From positions 1 to 33,299 of IMG/VR virus record IMGVR_UViG_3300020129_000193: a stretch of 33,299 nt of DNA, one strand, 5' to 3'. Shown here in pieces: positions 16,462 through 24,861 of this stretch. This stretch comes from a virus. Its lineage: Duplodnaviria; Caudoviricetes. Both the position numbers and the translations under genes were made by a program. A model generated the notes under the pieces. That model searched no databases and was not told the origin of the DNA. It worked only from the letters and a program-made list of their open reading frames with translations. How positions within the stretch are numbered: the stretch's first letter is position 1; every line of letters begins with the position of its first letter.

Positions 16462-17421
16462 TTAGGCGTTGGCGTGTTCGACCACGACGGCGTAGGCCTC
16501 GTTGAGGATTTTCGCCACGAAGGTGTTCTTCCAGCCCTGTGTCCACCTTTGATTGAGGGGATCGGCCGCCCCGGCGGAGCCGACATCGTGGAAGATCGAG
16601 TCGGTCGTCAGGCCCGAGATGTCCACCTTGCCAAAGTAGTCCATCCCGAAAAAGACCGTCGAGTAGACCGGGATACCGCCCGCGCCGCCGGTCAGGTTGA
16701 CCGGGGCCAGCGGGGACTCGACCCAGCGCACGCCCATGTAGGTGCCCAGTTCCCCGGTGAAGAGGGAGCCGCCGCCGCCCGTGGCGTAGATGATCGCCTC
16801 GCGGATGTCGGGGTCTTGCGTCAGGGTGAACCACGTATCCGGGTGGATCACGGCGGCGAACTTCCCGCCGTCGAGCGGCCGCGCCGCGTTGCGCTTCAAC
16901 GTCCTGATCGCCTTGCGGATTTCCGTCTCGGTCAGGATATCGGCGGTGGTGATCTGGTTCGTCGCGGTTCGTGTCCCGCTGACACTACTGTACTGGTGGT
17001 TGGTGCTGCCGGCGAGGACGCCGATCTGGATCAGGTTGTCGATGATCTGCGCCATCTGGTACGCCTGCGCCTCGACCACGTAGGTCCGCAGGGGGTCGTA
17101 GATGGTCGCGTCGATCACGTCCGACCCGGCGAAGTAGTCGCCGTACTGCAAGGGGCTGGCGGTGATGTTGGCGAAGGTCAGCGCCGAGCCGGTCGGGGTC
17201 GTGCCCTCGGTCAGGACCGCCGCCGCGCCCGTGATCTTGGTCAGCTGGCTGGGTCGACGCCACTCCCAGGTCTTGCCCTGGTTGCGGCTGATGGTCGCGC
17301 TCTGCCCGAACTGGTTGAAGACGGTGGCCTTTTCTGCGAACTTGATCAGCCCCTTCTTGTAGAAGGTTTTGATCTCAACAGAAAACCCGCCATCGGTGGA
17401 GAGATTCAGCGGGGAAACCAT
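16462..17421 (-). CDS. Major capsid protein, N4-gp56 family (HK97 fold)
   Basis: QFGQ..GKT..WRR, LTEGTTP, QYGDY, IHPD, GELG..GVRWVE and DPLNQR..GWK are family-typical motifs. Confidence 0.93.
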   Translation of the reverse strand: MVSPLNLSTDGGFSVEIKTFYKKGLIKFAEKATVFNQFGQSATISRNQGKTWEWRRPSQLTKITGAAAVLTEGTTPTGSALTFANITASPLQYGDYFAGSDVIDATIYDPLRTYVVEAQAYQMAQIIDNLIQIGVLAGSTNHQYSSVSGTRTATNQITTADILTETEIRKAIRTLKRNAARPLDGGKFAAVIHPDTWFTLTQDPDIREAIIYATGGGGSLFTGELGTYMGVRWVESPLAPVNLTGGAGGIPVYSTVFFGMDYFGKVDISGLTTDSIFHDVGSAGAADPLNQRWTQGWKNTFVAKILNEAYAVVVEHANA

Positions 17422-17448
17422 GTCAGGCTCCTTGGTGAGGAGGGACGG

Positions 17449-18456
17449 TTATACGAGTTCCCCCCGGAGGGCGCGTTTCCAGGCCGCCTCGAAGTCCTGG
17501 TCGTTGGCCTTGACCCAGCGGTCGCCCGCCGCCTGCCCGCCCGTGCCGCTGCCCGACGCGCCCACGTCGCGGTACTTCCCCGCGCCGTTGGCCTGCTGGG
17601 CCTGCTGCTGCTGAAGTTGACCCTGCCGCATGATCGCGTACTGCTGGAGAGATTCCAGCAGCGGGCCGACCTGTTTGAGGTCGTCTTGCGAGCGGAACTG
17701 GCGGATGCGGTCCTCGTAGCCGAACTGCTGGGTGTAGGCATCGAGTTCGGCCTGCGGGACGCCGTGGACGCGGGCGATCTCCGCCTTCCACTGGGGGAGG
17801 ACGTTGAGGGCGGTCAGTTTCAGGGCCTCGGTTTCGGACTGGAGGGCCATCTGCTGCTGCTGCTGGACCGTCGCCCGCGCCTGCTGGAGTTCCTGTTGTT
17901 CTTGCTGGCGGCGCTGCGTCTCGGTCTGCTGCTGCTCGGCCTGCTGGACCTGCTGGCGGAAATACGCCTGATGCTCCGGGGGACGAATCTGGCCGGTCTG
18001 GGGGTCGACCCGGATGTACTGATCGAGCGCCTGCCGCCGCTCCTCGCGCAGGGTGGCGAGTTCCTGTTCCAGCGGCGCGACGTACTGCGACCGCCAGGTC
18101 TGCTCCAGGTTCGGGAGTTGCCCCCGGATGGAGAGGAACTGCCGGGCCGCCTGGGCGATGGCCTCGGGCGAGCGCATCTCCTGGGGGAACTGCTGGAGGA
18201 TTTCCGGCGGCAGGGTGTACGTGGGCTGCGGGGGAACCGACTCCTGGGCTGCGACCGGGGGCGAGGCGGGGGCGGGGAGAGTACCACCGGGCTGGTCCGC
18301 ACCGGGCGCGACGGGGGCTGTCGGGTCGGAAGTGCCACCTTCCGCCGCCGGCTGGCGCGCCGGCCCCTCCAGCGTCCCGCTGCGCGCGGCGGACCAGTCC
18401 CGGTCGAAACTGTCCTCGCTGACCATCGGCTCGCCGTTCGCGGTGCCTATGCTCAC
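17449..18456 (-). CDS. Capsid scaffolding protein
   Basis: Q/E-rich coiled coil with a disordered N-terminus and a short C-terminal helix, directly upstream of the MCP. GAGGAG SD. Confidence 0.78.
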   Translation of the reverse strand: MSIGTANGEPMVSEDSFDRDWSAARSGTLEGPARQPAAEGGTSDPTAPVAPGADQPGGTLPAPASPPVAAQESVPPQPTYTLPPEILQQFPQEMRSPEAIAQAARQFLSIRGQLPNLEQTWRSQYVAPLEQELATLREERRQALDQYIRVDPQTGQIRPPEHQAYFRQQVQQAEQQQTETQRRQQEQQELQQARATVQQQQQMALQSETEALKLTALNVLPQWKAEIARVHGVPQAELDAYTQQFGYEDRIRQFRSQDDLKQVGPLLESLQQYAIMRQGQLQQQQAQQANGAGKYRDVGASGSGTGGQAAGDRWVKANDQDFEAAWKRALRGELV

Positions 18457-18513
18457 GGCAGGACTCCTCGATCACGACGGGTTCGACCAATGCGACATAT
18501 CGCATTTCCCGTC

Positions 18514-18543
18514 AGTGTACGAGGGAAAGCTTCACCTTGTCAA
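18514..18543 (-). promoter_or_regulatory. sigma70-type promoter for the scaffold-capsid operon
   Basis: TTGACA (18543-18538), 18-nt spacer, TACACT (18519-18514), in an AT-richer intergenic gap. Confidence 0.78.
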
Positions 18544-18592
18544 CGCTGCAAAATAATCGACCCCGAAAATGCGCCGATTATTTTGCAGCGTT
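18542..18592. repeat. Perfect 18-bp inverted repeat (terminator or operator)
   Basis: aacgctgcaaaataatcg-N15-cgattattttgcagcgtt, overlapping the upstream stop codon and the -35 box. Confidence 0.9.
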
Positions 18593-21500
18593 AGCGTTGC
18601 CCGCCCTGCGGCCCGCCGATCTCGACGCTCGGGGTGGAGAGGCCGAGAATCTGGTTGATCAGGGAACTCGGCGCACCGACCAGCGGCGAACCCCACGGCC
18701 CTTGCGCGCCCAAAGCGGCGAGGTACATCGCGGCGCGGTCCTGCCCGGCGGACTGGGACGTGAGTTGCAGGAGGGGGCTGACCTCGGCCTGGGTGCCGAC
18801 GTTGGCCCTTTGCCGCATCACCGCCTCGATGTACTGCGCCATATTCCCCGAGTTCATCAGCGCGTTGATCGTGCGCGGGTCGTACCGTGCCGGGGGCGCG
18901 TGGCGCGCGGCGTAACTCGCCGCCTCGGCCTGCTGCTCGACCTGCGGGGCGGCCTGCACGCTGGCGGGGGAGACGAGCGAGACGAGGTTGCGCGCCACAT
19001 TGGCCTGCCCGGTGGACTGCGCGGCGAGCTGGCGGATGGGCGAATGCGGATCGAGCGTGCTCGCCAGCAGGGCGGCGCGCTGCGGGTCGGAGACGTTCGT
19101 GGGGTCCGCGAGCTGGTGGCCGGTGGTCAGGTAGAAAATCTCCGCCAGTTTGCGGTCCTCCGCCGTGGTGTGCTGCGCCGAACCCCCCGCCGCCACGCGC
19201 GCCGCGTTCAAAGGTCCGAGCGCGGCGGAGGGCACCTGCGGGCCGGGCAGCGCCATCTCCAGCCCCGCCGTGCGCGAGAGTGGTCCCGGCCGCTGGAAGT
19301 CCTTGTTCATGGCGTAGGCCGCCGCCTGCACCAGGGGGTTGTAGGAGAAGCCCGCCCGGTCCAACGCCTCCGCCGACTTCTGGTAGAGGTTGGCGTTCAC
19401 GGCCTGTTCGGGCTGGAGCAGGGCCGAGGTCGAGATCGGCGTCAGGGAACCGAGGAGGTTCACATACGCCTGGCCGGGGAAGTTGCCGAGCATCTTCCTG
19501 GCGATGCCGCCGACGACGGGCGTGTTCGCGTCGATCGGGATGCCGCCGACCAGCCCGGCCCGGCCTTCTTGCTGCACCTTCTGGGCCTGCCCCAGCGTCA
19601 GCAGCATCAGCGCCAGCGAGACGCCGGGGTGGTCGAGCATCATCGCCGCCGTGCGCGGGTAGGCTTTCAGCGCCCAGGAGGAGAAGGGCACGGCGACGTT
19701 GAGGAGGCCCGAGGCGCGCTGCCCGACCGTCTTGCCGCCGCCCGCGACCTCATGGGCGAAGTCGCCGTGGATGTCGAGCGCCCGCTGCTCCGCCATGTTG
19801 GTGACTTTTTTGAGCGTCTGGTCCCACTCCTGCGCGGCCATCGACCCCGCCCCGGCCACCTGCGCCACGTCGGCGGGGGTGAAACCCTGCGCGGCGTCGA
19901 GGTAGCCCGTCAGGCCGTGCCGCTGGAGGAAGTTCGTCGCGGCCACCTGCATCGCCGGGGCGAACTCGTCCTGAAACGCGGCGTGCCGGGCGGCGAGGCG
20001 GGTGAACTCGTTCAGGGTCGAGAAGAGGGATTCCTGCCAGGCGCGGGTATAGCCCTTGACCGCGCCGAAGGCGAGGCCCGCCAGGGGGATACCGCCCTGC
20101 GCGGGGTTCAAGGCGGCGAAGGCGGCCTCCAGCTTCGCCAGGTCCACGGCGGAGAGGTCTTTGATCATCGACTGGTTGACGTTGTTGAACCCCGCCCCGA
20201 CCTTCGGCTCGTACCCCGTCAGGCCCCACTTGTCTAAGAGGCTCGTCGTCTGCACCGGCAGGGCGTCGTAGCCGTTGCGCTGCCCGAGGTTGTAGAGCTG
20301 GACCATGCTCACCCAGTTGTCGTTCATCATCTGCTGGCGGATGCCGGCGTTGCTGTTCCAGAGCCGCGCCGTGAGTTCGTCCTGGATCAGGTTGCGGATG
20401 GTCGAGGTCGCCTGCACGCGCCAGGCGTTCGCGATATTCCCGGCGTTGAGGACGCCCTGGTTCGGGCGGTCCATCGCCTCGCGCTGCGCGACGTTGGCGG
20501 CCTGGATCAAGCCCTTGCCGAACTCCCCCGCCACGGGGAGGGACTGGAGGATATTGATCCCGGGATTCGTCGTCGCGCCGAGGCCCAGCCCGGTCCCGAC
20601 CGCCGCGCCCTGGAGGGCGTGGATGCGCCGCTGGTCGTTGTTCTCCGCCGGGACCAGCCCGCCCGCCGCCGCGCCGATCAGCCCGCCCGAACCGGCGATG
20701 CCGAGCCGGCTGATCTGCGGCGCGCCCGCGATCGGCGCGCCGGTCAGCCAGCCGAGCGGCCCCTGCCCGCCACCCGTCGCGCCCGGTTGCGGCGTCAGGT
20801 CAAGGACCCCCGGCTTTGTCGGGTCGTAGGTGCCACGATTCCCGGTCGCACTCTTGATCTGTTGCGGATCGAACGCGACGTACTCGACCGTCCCGTCCGC
20901 GTCCCGGCCGATCACCCCGTCATAGCCGAGTTTGCGCGCCTCGGCGGTGAACTCCTGCGGGGTGCCGTACTGGAGCGGTGTCGGGCGCGAGAAGGACTGC
21001 GGCAATTCCCCGCCGGCGGTATATTCCAGGGGATGCGTCAGCCGCAGATACGCCGGGATAATATTGGCCCCCTCGGGCGAAGCATCGAGACGCGAGCCGG
21101 TGCCCGTGGCATACTCGGCGGCGGCGGCGGGATCGGCGGAGAAATAGTAGCCGGCCCCGAAACGCGCCGCCTCGACGGACGTGTTCGTGCTGGGCTGAAA
21201 AGTATCAAACGCGGCGTTCGTGCCGTGATACACCACCTGCGGAGAACCATCGGCACGCTTGACCACCGACCCCGACATGAATGAGCGCAAGGCCGAAGTA
21301 CGATCATTGACGAGACGCGGCGTGATCCCGAACCCGCCGCCCGCGTCGCCGGGGTCGGGGAGGTAGGCGATCTTGCCCGCCAGGTCGGGGTAGTTCGTCG
21401 CCAGGTTTTCGAGCAGGGTCCGGTTGGCGGGCAGGCCCTTGCTGGCGTCCCCGGTGATGCGATCGAGCGCGGCGCTCGCCACGTCGGCGGGATTCGGGTG

Positions 21501-23285
21501 GGCCAGGAGGGCGTTCCTGCGGGCGATCGGGTTGCGGTAGGCCACCTCGACCAGTTGCGCGACCTCGGGCGGGGTGAGGCTACCGATCGCCTCGGCGCGC
21601 GTCTGCCCCGGATACCCCGGCATGTTCGGCAGTTCCAGCCCCGCCCCGAGGTCGGCGGGTGGCGTGGCGGGGGTCCGGTCGCCGCCCGCGATGAGGGTGT
21701 TGATCAACTCTCCCGACTGGTCGGGGCGAAGCGCGCCCTGCTCCTGCAACTGGTTCAGCAGGCCCGGCACGGCGGCGGGATCGATGCCGGTGCGCTTCGC
21801 CCAGAAACCGGGGTCGGCGGGCGCGTAGACCATGCCTCGCCCGCTGTCCCCGCTCGCCAGGAGGTCGCGCATCAGACCGAGCGGTTCGGGCGGGGTCACG
21901 TCGGGCGCGAGCGGCGGGACCGGCGGGCCGAGGCCCCCGGTGCCGCGCCGACCAAGGCCGGGAAGCAGTTGGTCTTTCGGGACATTCCCGCCAAGCGGCA
22001 ATTGCGGCCCTTGCACAGGCGGCAGCGGCACGTCCTGAGAGGGCGGCAAGAGCGGGCCAACGCCGGGCTTGCCACCTTCCCCGATGCCGGGGATGAGGTC
22101 GCGCAGCGGCAAGTTACCGCGCTGATTCGGGAACGCCGGTCCCAGTTCAGGCGGCAAGGGTACATCCTGGTTGGGGTTCAGGATCGGGCCGATCCCCGGA
22201 CGACCCCCGCGCCCGAGGCCGGGGATCAGTTGGTCGGGCGGCAGATTGCCCCGGCCGGGGAACGCCGGTCCCTGCTCGGGCGGGAGGGCAGGGCCGAGTT
22301 CGGGCGGCAGGAGCGGGCCGATCCCGACGCCGGGGATCAGGTCGCGCGCCGGCAGGTTGCCGCGCAGGTTCGGGAAAGCCGGGCCGAGTTCGGGCGGGAG
22401 ATCGGGTCCAGTGACCGGGTTGAGCGCCGCCAGGAGTTGCGCCGCCCGCGCCGCCTCGCCCTCGGCGGGCTTGGCCGCCATCTGCGCCGCGTCGGCGGTC
22501 AGGCCGGGGATCGGCGCGGCGGGCAGGCCGTAACGCCGCTGGAGGATGTCGCCCATGACGCGCGGCCCCAGGACGCCCGCCACCTTCGGCGCGGCCTGCC
22601 GGACCAGCGCGCCGCCGACCTTCTGGAGAACCTGCCCCTCGGGGTAGAGAATCTGATTGACCAAGCCGAGGTCCAGGCCCAGGCCCCCGGCGATACGCCC
22701 GGCCTGCTGCGCGGCGCGGGCCTCCGCCGACCCCGCGCCGGTCGCGTAGGTCAGGGGATTGACCAGTTGGTTGACGAGGCCGGTGGCGAAGGGCGACTCC
22801 CGCGCCAGCCCCTCGTTCGCCGCCCGCGCCCGCGCGATGGGATTCCCCTGGTTGGCGGCAGCGGCGGCCTGGGCGTTGCGAAAGTCGGCGGGGCCGAGCG
22901 GCGAGGGCAGGCCCAGCCGACCCGCCTCGGCCAGGAGCGCCCCGATCCCCGTCGCCGCGCCGCCGGGCAGGAGGAACGACCCCGCGTTCGCCAGTCCCCG
23001 CAGGGCCGGGTTGTCGATCTGCTGCGTCAGGCCGATCTCCTGCGCGATACCGCCGGTCAGGGCCTTGGCCCCGTAGTCGAGGCCCTCGCGCGCCAGGCCG
23101 AGCGTGTCGAGCAGGGTGCGCGGCAAGAGCGTCCCTAACCGCAGGCCCTCGACAAGTCGCTGCTGGGGGGTCGTCTGCGGGTCGGCCAGGCTCGGGAGGG
23201 CCTGGAGGGGCGCGACCGTGGACTGGAACTGCTGGGCGAGGCGCTGGGCGAGGGCGCTCTGCATCAGGCCCCGGAGTTGGTCCAT
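18591..23285 (-). CDS. Large ejection/internal virion protein (1564 aa) with Pro-rich repeats and an ADP-ribosyltransferase (ART-PolyVal-like) domain
   Basis: A/G/Q-rich helical body. The segment at about 20800-21290 reads VVYHGT..FDTF..GAGYYFS..EYA..YL..GYDGVI..EYVAFDPQQIKSATGNRGTYD. Confidence 0.82.
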   Translation of the reverse strand: MDQLRGLMQSALAQRLAQQFQSTVAPLQALPSLADPQTTPQQRLVEGLRLGTLLPRTLLDTLGLAREGLDYGAKALTGGIAQEIGLTQQIDNPALRGLANAGSFLLPGGAATGIGALLAEAGRLGLPSPLGPADFRNAQAAAAANQGNPIARARAANEGLARESPFATGLVNQLVNPLTYATGAGSAEARAAQQAGRIAGGLGLDLGLVNQILYPEGQVLQKVGGALVRQAAPKVAGVLGPRVMGDILQRRYGLPAAPIPGLTADAAQMAAKPAEGEAARAAQLLAALNPVTGPDLPPELGPAFPNLRGNLPARDLIPGVGIGPLLPPELGPALPPEQGPAFPGRGNLPPDQLIPGLGRGGRPGIGPILNPNQDVPLPPELGPAFPNQRGNLPLRDLIPGIGEGGKPGVGPLLPPSQDVPLPPVQGPQLPLGGNVPKDQLLPGLGRRGTGGLGPPVPPLAPDVTPPEPLGLMRDLLASGDSGRGMVYAPADPGFWAKRTGIDPAAVPGLLNQLQEQGALRPDQSGELINTLIAGGDRTPATPPADLGAGLELPNMPGYPGQTRAEAIGSLTPPEVAQLVEVAYRNPIARRNALLAHPNPADVASAALDRITGDASKGLPANRTLLENLATNYPDLAGKIAYLPDPGDAGGGFGITPRLVNDRTSALRSFMSGSVVKRADGSPQVVYHGTNAAFDTFQPSTNTSVEAARFGAGYYFSADPAAAAEYATGTGSRLDASPEGANIIPAYLRLTHPLEYTAGGELPQSFSRPTPLQYGTPQEFTAEARKLGYDGVIGRDADGTVEYVAFDPQQIKSATGNRGTYDPTKPGVLDLTPQPGATGGGQGPLGWLTGAPIAGAPQISRLGIAGSGGLIGAAAGGLVPAENNDQRRIHALQGAAVGTGLGLGATTNPGINILQSLPVAGEFGKGLIQAANVAQREAMDRPNQGVLNAGNIANAWRVQATSTIRNLIQDELTARLWNSNAGIRQQMMNDNWVSMVQLYNLGQRNGYDALPVQTTSLLDKWGLTGYEPKVGAGFNNVNQSMIKDLSAVDLAKLEAAFAALNPAQGGIPLAGLAFGAVKGYTRAWQESLFSTLNEFTRLAARHAAFQDEFAPAMQVAATNFLQRHGLTGYLDAAQGFTPADVAQVAGAGSMAAQEWDQTLKKVTNMAEQRALDIHGDFAHEVAGGGKTVGQRASGLLNVAVPFSSWALKAYPRTAAMMLDHPGVSLALMLLTLGQAQKVQQEGRAGLVGGIPIDANTPVVGGIARKMLGNFPGQAYVNLLGSLTPISTSALLQPEQAVNANLYQKSAEALDRAGFSYNPLVQAAAYAMNKDFQRPGPLSRTAGLEMALPGPQVPSAALGPLNAARVAAGGSAQHTTAEDRKLAEIFYLTTGHQLADPTNVSDPQRAALLASTLDPHSPIRQLAAQSTGQANVARNLVSLVSPASVQAAPQVEQQAEAASYAARHAPPARYDPRTINALMNSGNMAQYIEAVMRQRANVGTQAEVSPLLQLTSQSAGQDRAAMYLAALGAQGPWGSPLVGAPSSLINQILGLSTPSVEIGGPQGGQR

Positions 23286-23453
23286 CTAGCGCCCCTTCGC
23301 GGCCTCCAGCCAGTGCAACGCCTCTTCGAGTTTCGTGATCGTCAGCGCCACCTCGCGCCCGCCGGGACCGCGCGCGATCTCGCTCGCCAGCGCGCGGGCG
23401 GCGTCGAACCCCAGCAGGATCGTCCGTTCCGCCGCGCCATGGGAACTTTCCAC
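23286..23453 (-). CDS. 55-aa Tad1/Acb2-like helical hairpin protein (not called separately in ORF track)
   Basis: AAGGAGG SD and GTG 23453. GREVALTITKLEEALHWL resembles the Tad1-family RENAxAITKLEEALxWL helix. Confidence 0.68.
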   Translation of the reverse strand: MESSHGAAERTILLGFDAARALASEIARGPGGREVALTITKLEEALHWLEAAKGR

Positions 23454-23470
23454 GTCTGCCTCCTTACGGC

Positions 23471-24754
23471 TTAGTGTGGTCCTTGCCCGCCGAAGGCGAG
23501 GCCCTGCACGCGGCCCGCCCCGGCGTAGTGCTGCTGCCAGTAGGGGGAGTTCAGGTCGGCCTCCATCACCCCGCCGTCCTGCGCGTTGATCATGCGCCCG
23601 TTGCCGATGTACATCCCGACGTGCGTGATGTAGTCGGGGTCCTGGTCGTTGGTCCCCTTGAAGAAGACCAGATCGCCCACCTGGAGTTGCCCCGGGTCCA
23701 CCCGCTGCGTCTGATTGTACTGCTGCTGCGCGTTCCACGACAGGGTAACGCCCTGGCCCTGGTAGACCCAGGCGGTGTACTCCGAGCAGTCCAGCCCGAG
23801 TTGCGGCTGGTTGGGGTGGCTCCTGAGTCCGCCGAGGCTGTACGGCGTGCCGACCAGGGACTCGGCCCGCTGCACCAGGGAACCGCCGCCCGCCGCCTGC
23901 TGCTTGCCATGCACGATGTTGTCGTACATCGGCATGATCCCTTGCGGGCCGTTCAGGAAGGTGTTCGCGTCCTGCCCGTTGCCGATGTCGCGGTTCTGAT
24001 TCGGCCCCGCCGTGGCCGGGTCGAACTGCCCCGCCCAGGCGAGGAAGAGGTCGCGGGCGCGCGTGCGCGCGTCGGGGTTGAGGCCGAGACGCTGATAACT
24101 GGCGTTGATCATCGCGAGTTTGTCCTGCGCGAGTTTCTTCGCCGCCGCGAACTGGGTGCCCGGATCGTTCGAGCCGAGGCCGACCTGCTGGAACAACCCC
24201 CAGGCGTCGCCCGCGCTGTTGTAGGCGGTCGGGCTGCCGCTGCTCTCGTGCTGGATGATCGCCAGCATCGCGTCCGGCACGTAGTCGCCCAGGTCGGCAA
24301 AGGTACTCTGCACCTGCCCGGCCCACTTCGCCACGTCGGGGGCGAGGCCGCTGTAGGTCGCCGTGCCGCCGCTGCCGGTGGTGCCGCTGCCAACAGGGGC
24401 CTCCGGCGGCGCGAGCAGGGGGTTCACCGCCGAGGGCTGGAAGGGATTCCCGGCCAGGCCGGCGGAGGGCTGGAACCCACCGCCGATACCGCCCGCGGGC
24501 TGGAAGCCTCCGCCGATGCCGGCCGAGGGCTGGAAGGAGCCGCCCTGCAGCTGCGCGGGCTGGAACGCGCCGCCCATGGTCACGGTCGGCCAGGCGTTCG
24601 ACCCGGCCACCAGCGGCGCGGGCGCGAACCCGCCCGACCCCGGCCCCTGCCCCGGCGTGAACGACGCCTGCGGCGCGGGCGCGGGCGCGAGCGACTGCAT
24701 CGCGCTGCCGATGTGGCCGATGATGGCACCGGGGTCCGCGCCGAAGAAACTCAT
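23471..24754 (-). CDS. Virion-associated peptidoglycan hydrolase: lytic transglycosylase-like domain plus NlpC/P60 peptidase
   Basis: AIIQHESSG..AWGLFQ (SLT-like Glu). GTPYSLGG..LDCS..GDLVFF..HVGMYIGNG (NlpC/P60 Cys/His). Confidence 0.88.
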   Translation of the reverse strand: MSFFGADPGAIIGHIGSAMQSLAPAPAPQASFTPGQGPGSGGFAPAPLVAGSNAWPTVTMGGAFQPAQLQGGSFQPSAGIGGGFQPAGGIGGGFQPSAGLAGNPFQPSAVNPLLAPPEAPVGSGTTGSGGTATYSGLAPDVAKWAGQVQSTFADLGDYVPDAMLAIIQHESSGSPTAYNSAGDAWGLFQQVGLGSNDPGTQFAAAKKLAQDKLAMINASYQRLGLNPDARTRARDLFLAWAGQFDPATAGPNQNRDIGNGQDANTFLNGPQGIMPMYDNIVHGKQQAAGGGSLVQRAESLVGTPYSLGGLRSHPNQPQLGLDCSEYTAWVYQGQGVTLSWNAQQQYNQTQRVDPGQLQVGDLVFFKGTNDQDPDYITHVGMYIGNGRMINAQDGGVMEADLNSPYWQQHYAGAGRVQGLAFGGQGPH

Positions 24755-24861
24755 TGCCTGTTCCTGCGCCGACGATCACACCGTTCCAACCAGGCGGCCC
24801 AGAGCGCCCCGAGCGCGGGGCCACCCAGGAAGATCGCCAGCCCCCACAAGAGGTCGCGCAT
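24751..24861 (-). CDS. 36-aa single-TM peptide with basic tail
   Basis: MRDLLWGLAIFLGGPALGALWAAWLERCDRRRRNRQ, overlapping both neighbours (TGATG and ATGA). Confidence 0.62.
   Translation of the reverse strand: MRDLLWGLAIFLGGPALGALWAAWLERCDRRRRNRQ

Noticed and set aside
21700-21830. Possible FtsK-gamma-like winged helix in the giant protein (FWAKRTGIDPAAVPGLLNQLQEQGAL)
   Set aside because: The resemblance is too weak to support without a profile search.
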